Source: an uncultured delta proteobacterium (GTDB lineage: Bacteria > Desulfobacterota > RBG-13-43-22). Taken from it: a stretch of DNA of 64,000 nt. Location: NCBI GenBank assembly GCA_963843145.1, contig CAWJJC010000019.1, forward strand, positions 1 through 64,000, in the 5' to 3' direction. The position numbers were made by a program, and so were the translations under genes. Below are positions 1 to 9,720 of the stretch, one piece after another. The notes under the pieces were generated by a model. That model was not told the DNA's origin. It saw only the letters and a program-made list of their open reading frames with translations, and did no database searches. How positions within the stretch are numbered: position 1 is the first letter of the stretch; the number at the start of each line of letters is the position of its first letter.

Positions 1-1424
1 CCAGGACCTGGTCCAGACGTCCTACCGGCGTAGTGTGCGGCGCGGTCCGCAGCGCCTCGGGGTCGGTCTCGGCCATGCGGGCGATGCGTTCCATGGCGGC
101 CACCAAAGCGTCCAGGTTTTCCCGGTTCTCGGTCTCCGTGGGCTCGATCATCAGGGCCTCTTTGACCACCAGGGGGAAGTAAATCGTCGGGGGATGAAAG
201 CCCTCGTCGATCAGGGCCTTGGCAATATCGACCGCTCGGACCCCGTAGCGCTCGGCCTTGTCCGCCGCCGAGAAAACCACCTCATGCAGGCAGGGCCCCT
301 CCACTGCCGGTTGCCGGTTTTCAGACAGTTTTACCCGCAGGTAATTGGCCGCCAGGACCGCGTCCTCGGCCACTTTTTTGAGACCCGGCCCCCCTAGGGC
401 TAAAATATAGGCGTAGGCCTTGAGGATGACGCCGAAGTTGCCATAAAAAGGCGCGATGTAGCCGATCGATTTAGGACGGTCATAGTCCAGGAAAAACGTT
501 CCGTCGGCCCGCTGGACCACCCGGGAGACGGGCAGGTATTCGGTCAGCTTTTCCACCACCCCTACCGGGCCGGCCCCCGGACCGCCTCCCCCGTGGGGTG
601 TCCCGAAGGTCTTGTGCAGATTCAAGTGGACGATATCAAAACCCAGGTCGGCCGGTTTGGCTCGGCCCAGAATGGCGTTCAGTTGGCTCCGTCGTAGTAC
701 ATGAGGGCGTCGACCCGGTGGGCCGCGTCCGCTATCCGCTGGATGAAGGGGTTGAAGAGGCCCAGGGTGTTGGGGTTGGTCATCATCACCCCGGCGACGC
801 GGTCGTTCAGCCGGGCCTCAAGGTCTCCGGGGTCATGATCCCCTTGACCGTCGGCACGGGTACCACCTCATACCCGGCAATGGCCGCACTGGCCGGATTG
901 GTGCCGTGTGACTCATCCGGGGCCAGGATAATCGACTTGTCGTTCCCCCGATCCCGATGGTAGGCGGCCATCAACATCAGGCCGGTGAGTTCCCCGTGGG
1001 CGCCGGCCAGGGGTTGGAGAGTAAAGGCGTCCATGCCGGTGATCCGGCCCAGGAGCTGCTCGGTGTCGTAAAGGACCTGCAGCGCCCCCTGGGCCAGCAG
1101 ACCGCCTCTTCGCAGTTGGGGCAGCAGGGGGTGGAGCTGGGCGAAGCCGGGAAGCCGGACCATTTCCTCCGTAAATTTCGGGTTGTATTTCATGGTGCAG
1201 GAACCCAGGGGGTAGGTCCCTACGTCGACCCCGAAATTGAGTCGGGAAAGATTGGTGAAGTGGCGCACCACGTCCACCTCAGCCATTTCCGGCAGCTCTG
1301 CCGGCCTGCTTCGGGAAAGTTCCGCTGGAAGCCGGCTAGCGGTAAAGGCCTCCGCCGGGATCCGCGGCCGGGGAAACATGACGGCCTGGCGGCCGGGACG
1401 GCTTTTCTGAAAAATGGTTTTCAT
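1..1424 (-). CDS. gcvPB: Glycine dehydrogenase (decarboxylating) subunit 2; runs off the window start; two apparent single-base frameshifts (~820, ~683)
   Basis: ORF 807..1424 has [12 protein letters not shown] and QPLAGAHGE. Manual translation continues in shifted frames: [35 protein letters not shown] (PLP lysine), [16 protein letters not shown]. Overlaps the gcvPA stop. Confidence 0.9.
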
Positions 1425-2740
1425 AGTACCGCCTCCAGGGCTTCGGCGAAACGGCCGATCTCTTCCTTGGTCCGTTTTTCCGTGACCGTTACCAGTAAAT
1501 TGTCCGCTTGATCCGGATAATAGCGCCCCAGGGGAAAGCCGGCGGCAAACCCCTTATCGATCAGCCGGCTGACCGCCAAGCGGGCATCCAGGGGAAGCCG
1601 GAGGCGAAACTCGTTGAACCAGGGGCCCCGGTCCACCAGCGCCACTCCCGGTATGGCGGTCAAACGGGAACGGGCATAGGCCGCCAGAGCCATGTTGAGC
1701 CGGGCCAGTTCCACCAGTCCGTTTTTACCCAACAGACACAGGTGGATCAGAGCGGCCACGGCGCAAAGGGCTTGATTGGTGCAGATGTTGCTGGTGGCCT
1801 TTTCTCGGCGGATGTGCTGTTCCCGGGTTTGGAGGGTCAGGCAATAGCCGGTGCGTCCCTGCCCGTCCTGGGTGCGGCCCACCACCCGACCGGGCATGGC
1901 CCGGATCAATTCCTGGCGGACGGCCATGATTCCCAGGTAAGGCCCGCCGAAAGAAAGGGGCAATCCCAGGGACTGGCCCTCCCCTACGGCGATGTCCGCA
2001 CCCATCTCCCCCGGTGTTTTACAAAGGCCCAGGGCCACCGGATAGCAATTGAGGATGGCCAGGGCCCCCAGTTCATGGGCTCTGGAAAAGTGAGCGGAAA
2101 AATCATGGAGGCGGCCGAAAAAGTCGGGGTTCTGCAGGATGACGGCGGCGGTGGCCTCGTTGATAAAAGATTCCAGTGCGGCCGGATCTTCGAGGTCTTC
2201 TTCCACCAGATCGATTTTCAGGTTGGCGGTATACGATCGGAGCATGACCCGATAGATGGGGTTGACCGAGGCGCAGACCAGCAGCCGCCGCCGTCCGGTC
2301 CGGCGGACGGCGATCATGGCGGCCTCGAACAGGGCCGTCCCCCCGTCATAGAGCGAGGCGTTGGCGGCGTCCAGGCCGGTCAGGCGGCAGACGGCCGTCT
2401 GGTATTCGTAAATGGCCTGCAGGGTCCCCTGGGATATTTCAGCCTGATACGGGGTATAGACCGTGTAAAATTCGCCGCGGCGGATCAGGGCATCCACGGC
2501 GGCCGGAGTGAAATGGTCGTAAAAACCCGCGCCCAGGAAACCGATCAGGTGATGGGCATTCATGCCGGCCAGATACCGGAGGTGGTCTGTGACCTCCAAT
2601 TCGCTCAGGGGCTCGGGAAGATCCCAGGTTTTCGCTTGCAGTTCCTCGGGGATGACTGCAAAGAGTTCATCCACGGAATGAAGCCCCAGGGCTCCCAGCA
2701 TTCCGGCCCGGTCCTTATCGGTGTGAGGGGTGAAGTCCAA
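1421..2740 (-). CDS. gcvPA: Glycine dehydrogenase (decarboxylating) subunit 1
   Basis: FLGAGFYDH, YTPYQAEISQGTLQ, GEGQSLG...GGPYLG and TREQHIRREKATSNICTNQ motifs; gcv operon context. Confidence 0.95.
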   Translation of the reverse strand: MDFTPHTDKDRAGMLGALGLHSVDELFAVIPEELQAKTWDLPEPLSELEVTDHLRYLAGMNAHHLIGFLGAGFYDHFTPAAVDALIRRGEFYTVYTPYQAEISQGTLQAIYEYQTAVCRLTGLDAANASLYDGGTALFEAAMIAVRRTGRRRLLVCASVNPIYRVMLRSYTANLKIDLVEEDLEDPAALESFINEATAAVILQNPDFFGRLHDFSAHFSRAHELGALAILNCYPVALGLCKTPGEMGADIAVGEGQSLGLPLSFGGPYLGIMAVRQELIRAMPGRVVGRTQDGQGRTGYCLTLQTREQHIRREKATSNICTNQALCAVAALIHLCLLGKNGLVELARLNMALAAYARSRLTAIPGVALVDRGPWFNEFRLRLPLDARLAVSRLIDKGFAAGFPLGRYYPDQADNLLVTVTEKRTKEEIGRFAEALEAVL

Positions 2741-2743
2741 GGG

Positions 2744-3139
2744 TCAGACCCCTTTCTCCAGAAAGTCCTGATAACCCCGGGCGGACATCAGTTCCGCCAC
2801 CTCTTCCGGATTGAATTCCTTGAGCTTGACCAGCCAGCCGCGGCCGTAACAATCCTGGTTGATCCATTCCGGATGCTCTCCCAGGTCTGAGTTGACTTCC
2901 GCCACTTCACCGGAAAGGGGAGAGTAAAAGTCCGCCGCCGTCTTGACGGATTCGATGGTCCCCAATTCTCCCATTCGGTCGACTCGTCGGCCGACTTCCG
3001 GGAGATCCACATAGGTGATATCACCCAACTGCTGCTGGGCGTGGTCCGTTATCCCCACCCAGGCCAGGGCGCCCTCGATTTTCACCCATTCATGCTCGGA
3101 AGTAAAATTCAATTCTTCCGGAATCAAGGTTTGGTCCAT
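2744..3139 (-). CDS. gcvH: Glycine cleavage system H protein
   Basis: HEWV, VGITDHAQQQLGDI, IESVK (lipoyl lysine), INQDCYGRGWL. Confidence 0.95.
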   Translation of the reverse strand: MDQTLIPEELNFTSEHEWVKIEGALAWVGITDHAQQQLGDITYVDLPEVGRRVDRMGELGTIESVKTAADFYSPLSGEVAEVNSDLGEHPEWINQDCYGRGWLVKLKEFNPEEVAELMSARGYQDFLEKGV

Positions 3140-3178
3140 ACCCGATCCTCCCGATTAATTACGTTCAGCCGCCATTAA

Positions 3179-3336
3179 TGACGACCTCGAAAAAAATCCA
3201 AAAACCTGTCATTGCGACCCCGGACTTGATCCGGGGGAAGCTAATCCCCAGCATAGTAGCTAGCTGATTCTGGGGGATTGCTTCGTCGCTTCACTCCTCG
3301 CAATGACAGCGCTGGGGACTTTTTGCGAACATATCA
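3179..3336. repeat. MITE-like element with imperfect terminal inverted repeats enclosing a TGTCATTGCGA...TCGCAATGACA palindrome (3207-3308)
   Basis: Ends TGACGACCTCGAAAAAAATCC and GGACTTTTTGCGAACATATCA; similar ends at 36711-36807 and 62616-62742. Confidence 0.6.
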
Positions 3337-3340
3337 GCAA

Positions 3341-3528
3341 TGACGCCCTCGGAAAAAGCTCAGCAGTCACGGTTTGTCATTCTGGGTCCCGCGACAGCGC
3401 GGGACCCAGAATCCTCCTACCGACATCCTCCGCGGAGTTTATCCTGAGCCGAAAAACCAGATCCTTCGCGTTGCTCAGGATGACCAGCGCGGGGCTGAGG
3501 ATGACGGCAGGCGAAGGGCTAAAAATGA
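3341..3528. repeat. Second palindromic element (left end TGACGCCCTCGGAAAAAG plus TGTCATTCTG.../CTCAGGATGAC REP-like units)
   Basis: Nested hairpin TTCTGGGTCCCGCG-ACAG-CGCGGGACCCAGAA and repeated AGGATGAC motifs between gcvH and gcvT. Confidence 0.55.
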
Positions 3529-3529
3529 T

Positions 3530-4708
3530 CTAAACCGAAAGAGCCCTCAGATATTGGCCCTCCCTTTTCAGAAATCGGGAGACGATTTCCCCCTGGAGTT
3601 CCTTCCCCCGATACTCAATGGTTACCCGATCCCCCGGGCGTAGGTTTCGGTCCAGATAGGCCAGGCCGATAGCCCGGATAAAGGATTTTTCCCCGGGTCG
3701 GGACCCATCGAATTCCCAGGCGGGGACCATCGTTCCGCTGGTCAATTCTCCCACTATCCGATCGTTAAATCGAACGGTCGATCCCTGCCGGATCATGCCT
3801 TTCCCCCGTACCTGCACCTTCATAATCCTCCGGGGGACCAGGCTAACCGCCTCTGACCCTAGTTCCGCCGCCTGGGCGGCCAGGGCCTCCCGGCCCGGGA
3901 AATCACTCCGCTCCCGGGTCAGGCTTACGCCGCGCAGCGCCTGGGGTAAGGAAAGGAGGGGCCGCTCCGGGCGGAGTTCATGCCCGTACAGCGGTAACCC
4001 GGCCTCCAGGCGCAGGGTGTCGCGGGCGCCCAGACCGGCGGGAAGGACACCCAGGGGCTCCCCGGTTTTGACCAGGGTATCCCAAAAAGCGCCCAAGGTA
4101 TCGGCTGGAAGCATTACTTCGAAGCCGAGCGGTTCACCGGTGTAACCGGTTCGGGCGGTCAGCAATTCCAGCTTCCGCCAGCGAGATGTGGCGGTAAGGC
4201 CGAACCCGGCGGCGGGTAGCCCTTCCACCCCTGACGCGGCTAGAAGGGCCTCGCTCTTCGGACCCTGAACGGCCACCATCGACAATTCGTCGGTGACATC
4301 TTGAAGTCCCCTCTCGGATCCCGCCTGTCGGGTAAGGATTTCCCAGTCCCTTTCCCGGTTGGCCGCATTGACTACCAGCAGCGTTTTATCCGGCTTGAAT
4401 TGATAGAGGTAGGCATCGTCCAGCGGCCGCCCTTGCTCATCTGAAAACAGGGTGTATTGAGAAAATCCCGGTCGTAGACGGGAAGCGTCGTTGGTCAAGG
4501 TCCGGGTAAGGAGGTCCAACCCCTCCGGTCCTTTGATTAGGAAGCGGCCCAGGTGGCTGATATCAAACAGGGCGCCAAATTTCCGGCAGGCCAGGTGTTC
4601 GGCGAGGATGCCGGAAGAATAGTTGACCGGCAGGCTCCATCCGGCGAATTCGGCCATTCGCCCCTTACGGGCCTCATGCCAGGCATCCAGGGGGGTGCGG
4701 TGAGACAA
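3530..4708 (-). CDS. gcvT: Glycine cleavage system aminomethyltransferase T
   Basis: RTPL..WH, FAGWSLPVNY, LFDISHLG, RTGYTGE..GFE, GLGARDTLRLEAGLPLYGHEL. Confidence 0.95.
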   Translation of the reverse strand: MSHRTPLDAWHEARKGRMAEFAGWSLPVNYSSGILAEHLACRKFGALFDISHLGRFLIKGPEGLDLLTRTLTNDASRLRPGFSQYTLFSDEQGRPLDDAYLYQFKPDKTLLVVNAANRERDWEILTRQAGSERGLQDVTDELSMVAVQGPKSEALLAASGVEGLPAAGFGLTATSRWRKLELLTARTGYTGEPLGFEVMLPADTLGAFWDTLVKTGEPLGVLPAGLGARDTLRLEAGLPLYGHELRPERPLLSLPQALRGVSLTRERSDFPGREALAAQAAELGSEAVSLVPRRIMKVQVRGKGMIRQGSTVRFNDRIVGELTSGTMVPAWEFDGSRPGEKSFIRAIGLAYLDRNLRPGDRVTIEYRGKELQGEIVSRFLKREGQYLRALSV

Positions 4709-4732
4709 AAGGACCTCCCTTACGGGAAAAGG

Positions 4733-5263
4733 CTATTTGAACTTCGAGATGGCCGCCTTGAGGGCCTTTTCCACCTCTTTCCAGGCGCCCTCGATCCCCG
4801 TCTTCAGGTCTTCCCAGGCCCCTCCCGATGACTGGTGGAGTTCATCCAACTTGGCTCGAGCGTTTTTCTGTTTGCCCTGCAAATCCTCGATCAATTTGCG
4901 GTATTCGGTTTTGGCCTCTGCGGCCGCCTGTTCCGCTTTGGCCTTCAGCCGGTCGATTTCCGGCTTCCATTCGTCAAACTGGGCTTGCAGCCGTTGAATG
5001 TAGACTTCTTTTAAACCGGGCGGCTCTTTTCCTTCAAAAGGGTTATACCCAGGCTTTTTGTACAAGCGGGCATCGTTTCCTAATATATCCGGGCGATAGA
5101 CCTTTTCGGCCCATTCGGAAGGTTCCACCTCCTCAAAGGCTACCGACACGGTTTTTTCTTCACAAACGGCAATCTCCATGACCTCCCGGGTGACGGCCTC
5201 GGCCAGCCGTTTCTTCTGGTCCTCGGTCCGCCCGGGATGCAGCTTAATGATTACATGGGGCAT
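4733..5263 (-). CDS. 4-oxalocrotonate tautomerase-family (PptA-like) domain fused to a coiled-coil domain
   Basis: Likely start MPHVIIKLHPGRTEDQKKRL (catalytic Pro-1) after an AGAGGAG RBS. C-terminal half is a helical YIQRLQAQFDEW...AWEDLKTGIEGAW domain. Confidence 0.75.
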   Translation of the reverse strand: MPHVIIKLHPGRTEDQKKRLAEAVTREVMEIAVCEEKTVSVAFEEVEPSEWAEKVYRPDILGNDARLYKKPGYNPFEGKEPPGLKEVYIQRLQAQFDEWKPEIDRLKAKAEQAAAEAKTEYRKLIEDLQGKQKNARAKLDELHQSSGGAWEDLKTGIEGAWKEVEKALKAAISKFK

Positions 5264-5425
5264 GCGGATGGTCTCCTCTCTTCCGGATAATTGCTCAAGC
5301 CTGTTGCCCAATTCTAAAAATCATCGAAACTCAAAATTTATTCTATTTCTTTATAGTTATACCATTTCTCTTTATCCATTTCAAAGTGTATAATCATCTT
5401 CCGGGGCCGGTATCATCAGATAAGA

Positions 5426-5707
5426 GTGAGATCTATAGTGCGAAAAATCTTAATCTCAACCACATTATTTGTTTTTTCCCTTGGTTCAATATTTTCTTTT
5501 TGTTATGCAGCGGAAAATCAAGCCCTCCATAATTCCAAAAAGGAAATTCTGGTATCCAAAGGGGAGAAAAAAGAAGTAGCGGAAAAAATTGAAAAGTTGG
5601 AAAAGAAGATCAAGGAATTAAAGGAAGACAAGGAAAAGACAGAAAAAGAGATCAAAGAAAACGAAAAAGAATTGAAGGAGCTTAAAGAAAAGAAGAAAAA
5701 ATCATAG
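5426..5707 (+). CDS. Small putatively exported Lys/Glu-rich coiled-coil protein
   Basis: Hydrophobic N-terminus ending CYA-AE; C-terminus almost all K/E; AT-rich DNA. Confidence 0.5.
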   Translation: MRSIVRKILISTTLFVFSLGSIFSFCYAAENQALHNSKKEILVSKGEKKEVAEKIEKLEKKIKELKEDKEKTEKEIKENEKELKELKEKKKKS

Positions 5708-5796
5708 AAATTAATTTCTTGAGGCCGACCCCAATTTACGCCTCTATCTTCAGCCTTTGAAGTGAATTTTTAGCCGACCTTCGAATCAATCCTTTT

Positions 5797-6699
5797 TTAA
5801 ATTTTATAGGCCATGGTGGTCTTACTGACCCCGGGAATCAACCAGCGGCCTTGACTAATCCGGGAGAGCCATTCCCCGGCTCCCCCGAAAATCAAAGACG
5901 ACACCATTCCCAGGTTGGAAGAAGGCTTTGTCTTTCCAGAAATGAAAGTTTTTATATTAATAAATCCTATAGTTGCAAGTTGTTTTTCAATAAAAAGTTT
6001 AGAAAAATCGAAGAGATGATAAGGGGTGTGATAAAGATCCAAATACCGGCTGAAAGGACCCAACAGGCGGACAATCGGGGTGGTATGCGGCCAACGAAGC
6101 AGCACTACCCCTCCCGGCCTTAAGAGACGAAAGACTTCCCGGAGCACAATTAGCGGATCTGGAAGATGCTCGATGACATAAAAGAGCGTCACCGCATCAT
6201 AGCTATTTCCTGGAATTGAAGGATCAGGCAGGGGAGTGGATCGAATATTTAAGCCCGGGAAATGGGTCTGACAGTAATTTCGGCCGGGTTGAGATATTTC
6301 GATGCCATCGGCCCGCCAGCCCCTATTGGCCATATAGTGAAGAAAAAATCCATATCCGCTGCCCACATCTAAAATCCTTCCGGGTTTACTCCCTTTTTCG
6401 ATAATTTTGGCCGATTTTCGAATCACCTCCTCCTGGGACCGAGACCAGGACTCTATTTCATCCGGTTTCCCGGGCAGGTAGCTCTGATACGTGGTAGTCA
6501 ATTCCGGAGAAGAGGGCTGGGGGGCAATGAAGACTAAGGGACAGAATCCACACTGATAATAGGACCAGGAAGCCTTTTTCGCCACCAGGCGATCGGATGG
6601 GGTTCGGCAAACCGGGCAGGGGGGAGGGAATATTTCTTTATTTTTATTATTAATATCAATAGAATGCATATATTTTCTTGACCGGACGGAGTCAATCAT
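5797..6699 (-). CDS. Class I SAM-dependent methyltransferase with N-terminal CxxC...CxxC
   Basis: ILDVGSGYGFF motif I; YDAVTLFYVIEHLPDP; LLRPGG; CPVC/CGFC. The start may be a few codons later. Confidence 0.85.
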   Translation of the reverse strand: MIDSVRSRKYMHSIDINNKNKEIFPPPCPVCRTPSDRLVAKKASWSYYQCGFCPLVFIAPQPSSPELTTTYQSYLPGKPDEIESWSRSQEEVIRKSAKIIEKGSKPGRILDVGSGYGFFLHYMANRGWRADGIEISQPGRNYCQTHFPGLNIRSTPLPDPSIPGNSYDAVTLFYVIEHLPDPLIVLREVFRLLRPGGVVLLRWPHTTPIVRLLGPFSRYLDLYHTPYHLFDFSKLFIEKQLATIGFINIKTFISGKTKPSSNLGMVSSLIFGGAGEWLSRISQGRWLIPGVSKTTMAYKI

Positions 6700-6737
6700 T
6701 TATATCCTAATTCACCTTAAAATGGGAATCAGGTTTT

Positions 6738-7484
6738 TTGATGAAAATTTTCTTTTATTATGTCATCTTTCCTCTCTACCGGCCTTTTTACTTAGTAGCG
6801 GTGATTATCGACACCCTGCTGCTCGGCTTTCTGATTATTATTCTTTCACCTTTGGACCCCTCAGGGAATTTTGTCCATTATATAGGAAAGTTTTGGTCCA
6901 GGCTGAATATTTATCTGGGGTTCTGCCGGGTGAGGGTTAGAGGGAAGGAGCAGATAGACCCTGAAAAAGCGTATATCGTCATGTCTAACCACCAGAGCTT
7001 TTTCGATGTTTGTGCCTTAATTGCCTATCTTCCCCTGCAATTGCGCTGGGTGGTCAAAGCTGAAATTCGAAAAATGCCGGTGTTTGGCTATGCCTTGCAG
7101 CGTATGGGCCATATTTACGTTGATCGGGCTCGGGGAGAAAGTATCCGCCTGAGCATCGAAAAGGCGACCCGCAGCGTTAAGGAAAAAACCTCGGTGGCCT
7201 TTTTCCCGGAAGGGACGCGCAGCAAGGACGGGAAGCTCTTAAAATTCCGGAAGGGCGGCTTTATCCTGGCCCAGAAATCCGGTTGTCCAATTTTGCCCAT
7301 CACCATCAATGGTTCCCGCTTCGTGCTGCCGAAAGATACCCTGGATTGGCTGCCAGGTAAAATCGAGATCCGTATTCATCAGCCCCTTGAGTGTCCTGGC
7401 GCTCTGACTTTGGACGATAGCCTCCGGGCGGTGGAGAAGGCGATCCGGGAGGGACTGGATTTGGATTACGGCCAGCGGAGCTGA
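6738..7484 (+). CDS. plsC: 1-acyl-sn-glycerol-3-phosphate acyltransferase (PlsC family)
   Basis: NHQSFFD (HX4D), FFPEGTRS, PILPITI; N-terminal membrane helix. Confidence 0.85.
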   Translation: MMKIFFYYVIFPLYRPFYLVAVIIDTLLLGFLIIILSPLDPSGNFVHYIGKFWSRLNIYLGFCRVRVRGKEQIDPEKAYIVMSNHQSFFDVCALIAYLPLQLRWVVKAEIRKMPVFGYALQRMGHIYVDRARGESIRLSIEKATRSVKEKTSVAFFPEGTRSKDGKLLKFRKGGFILAQKSGCPILPITINGSRFVLPKDTLDWLPGKIEIRIHQPLECPGALTLDDSLRAVEKAIREGLDLDYGQRS

Positions 7485-7507
7485 AGCGTGCTGAAACCTT
7501 AAATAGA

Positions 7508-8401
7508 ATGCGTTCCCATCCCTTTGACCATTACTTGGCCTATCAAGCCATAATTCAAACGGTGAAACGGATACCGCTGCCGTTGGCCTATAGTCTGGCC
7601 CGGGGCCTGGCCTCCCTTTTCTTCCTTTTGTTACCTGCTGATCGCCGGAATCTAATCGCCAATTTGACGGTGGTTTTTGGGGGGGACACCGCTAAGGCCC
7701 GTGAGACCTGCCTCAAGCTTTTTCAGAACTATGGCCAGTATCTTATTGATTATTTTTTGTTACCGCAACTTTCGTTTGAAAAGTTGAATGATTTTTATTC
7801 CCCTCAAATTGGAGAGGCTTATTTACACGACGCCCTTCAAAAGGGGAGAGGAGCCTTGCTGCTGACAGGCCATTTGGGCAACTGGGAAATGGGAGGGGTA
7901 CTTCTGCGATTCATGAATTACCCCCTGAATATTGTCACCCTTCCCCATAATACGCAACGGGCCAACGACCTGATCAAAGGCCTGCGGCAGGAAAAACAGA
8001 TCCGGACGATTGAATTGGGAGGGTCTCCACTGGGTCCCCTGAACATCCTGGCGGCTCTGAAAAGAAATGAGGTTGTCGCTCTGCTGGCGGACAAGGTTTT
8101 CTGGGGCAAGCGCGCCGAAGTCACTTTTTTCGGGCATGGAGTGGCTTTCCCTTTGGGTCCATATTTGCTGGCCCAGGCCAGCGGGGCCGCCGTGCTTCCG
8201 GTTTTCATGCTCCGAGACCCGAATGGCCGCTATCAGGGATTTATAGAACCGCCTCTGACGATTGGAACCGACGCGGAAGAAACGACCCTGCGGGAGGCGT
8301 TGGGGCAATTCGTCGGTCTTTTTGAACAGTACATCCGGCGTTATCCCGACCAGTGGTATAATGCAGATCGGCTTTTCCCGGAGGCCGAAGGACGTTTCTA
8401 A
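7508..8401 (+). CDS. Lysophospholipid acyltransferase, LpxL/PatA (Lip_A_acyltrans) family
   Basis: GRGALLLTGHLGNWE (HX4E), VALLAD, VTFFG, IRRYPDQW. Confidence 0.85.
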   Translation: MRSHPFDHYLAYQAIIQTVKRIPLPLAYSLARGLASLFFLLLPADRRNLIANLTVVFGGDTAKARETCLKLFQNYGQYLIDYFLLPQLSFEKLNDFYSPQIGEAYLHDALQKGRGALLLTGHLGNWEMGGVLLRFMNYPLNIVTLPHNTQRANDLIKGLRQEKQIRTIELGGSPLGPLNILAALKRNEVVALLADKVFWGKRAEVTFFGHGVAFPLGPYLLAQASGAAVLPVFMLRDPNGRYQGFIEPPLTIGTDAEETTLREALGQFVGLFEQYIRRYPDQWYNADRLFPEAEGRF

Positions 8402-8418
8402 ATTCTGGCGAGGTTGCC

Positions 8419-9720
8419 TTGAGTAGAAAAATTCTAATAATTATGCCCCGCTGGTCGGAAAAAAGCCTCTGGGGCGTCATGGGTATAAAGTTTCCCTACT
8501 TGTCGTTGACCACCTTAGCCGCCCTGACTCCTCCGGATATTGAGGTCCGGATCATGGACGAGAACGTGGAACCCATTGATTTTGATTGCCGTCCTGATTT
8601 GGTGGGGATCTCTCTAATGACGCCCCTGGCCCTCAGGGGGTACGAAATCGCCGATCAATTTCGCACTCGGGGGGTCCCGGTAGTGGTGGGAGGGGTACAC
8701 GCCACGATGATGCCGGAGGAGGCGGCGGAGCATGCCGATGCCGTGGTTATCGGCGAAGGGGAAATCCTTTGGCCTGAGGTGCTGGCCGATTTTAGTAAAG
8801 GGGAGCTTAAGAAATATTACCTGACCGATCGTCGGGCCCCCTTGAATGCTCTTCCCCTGCCGCGTCGGGATTTGCTGAGGCGGGGGGCCTACCTTTTCCA
8901 AAACACCCTGCAGACCACCCGCGGTTGTCCCAACGACTGTGATTTTTGCTCGGTAACCACCTTTTACGGCAACACCTACCGTTTTCGACCGGTGGCTGAG
9001 GTGCTCAAGGAGATCGGGGCGCTGAAGGGCAACTTGATTTTTTTTGTCGATGACAATATTATCGGAAGCAGGACCTATGCCCAGGAACTATTTGAAGGGC
9101 TTAAACCGTTAAAAAAACGCTGGGTCAGTCAGGCTACTTTGAACATCTCCCGGGAAGAAAAATTGCTGGCCCTGGCCCGGGACAGTGGCTGTCTGGGATT
9201 GTTCGTGGGCTTTGAATCTTTATCCCAGGAGATCTTAAATGGTCTGGGCAAGTCCTTTTACCGGGTGGCGCAATATGAAACGGCTATTCGCCGCCTCCAT
9301 GATTACGGTATCGGGATCCAGGGGTCCTTTATTTTCGGGAATGACAACGACCCGCCGGACGTTTTTTCCCGGGTGGTCCGGTTTTGCAACCGGAACCGGC
9401 TGGAGGCCGTGCTTTTTTCATTATTAACGCCCTTCCCGGGCACCCGGATTTTTCACCAATTGCTAAAAGAGAACCGGATTCTCCATTTCGATTGGGAAAA
9501 ATATGATATGAACCATGTGGTCTTTCGGCCCCAGGGGATGGATGCGGAAGCCCTGGAAAAAGGTTTTTTCGAGGCCTATAAAAAAGTCTATTCGAGCGCT
9601 TCTTTGTTGAAACGATTGTTTAAGCCGGCCAAAAGTCTCTTGCTGTTCGGGCCCATGAACTTATCCATGCGGCAGTCCTGGAAAAGGGTAAGACGCCAGG
9701 AAGGGTTGGATTGGACTTGA
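8419..9720 (+). CDS. B12-binding domain radical SAM protein
   Basis: N-terminal cobalamin-binding-like region (DLVGIS...VVVGGVHAT...VIGEGE); QTTRGCPNDCDFC; FVDDN; VGFES; LTPFPGT. Confidence 0.9.
   Translation: MSRKILIIMPRWSEKSLWGVMGIKFPYLSLTTLAALTPPDIEVRIMDENVEPIDFDCRPDLVGISLMTPLALRGYEIADQFRTRGVPVVVGGVHATMMPEEAAEHADAVVIGEGEILWPEVLADFSKGELKKYYLTDRRAPLNALPLPRRDLLRRGAYLFQNTLQTTRGCPNDCDFCSVTTFYGNTYRFRPVAEVLKEIGALKGNLIFFVDDNIIGSRTYAQELFEGLKPLKKRWVSQATLNISREEKLLALARDSGCLGLFVGFESLSQEILNGLGKSFYRVAQYETAIRRLHDYGIGIQGSFIFGNDNDPPDVFSRVVRFCNRNRLEAVLFSLLTPFPGTRIFHQLLKENRILHFDWEKYDMNHVVFRPQGMDAEALEKGFFEAYKKVYSSASLLKRLFKPAKSLLLFGPMNLSMRQSWKRVRRQEGLDWT

Noticed and set aside
1508-2890. Long antisense ORFs (1508..2890+, 38057..39487+, 48580..49695+, 30825..31628- and others)
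   Set aside because: They lie opposite well-supported genes and have no motifs; shadow ORFs are expected from GC-rich codon bias.
3303-3643. ORFs inside palindromic repeats (also 30630..30824, 37592..37996, 54515..54859)
   Set aside because: Translations of repeat elements, with no RBS or domain evidence.
4709-5420. Glycine riboswitch upstream of the gcv operon
   Set aside because: No glycine aptamer motifs were seen; the space is occupied by a CDS and AT-rich DNA.
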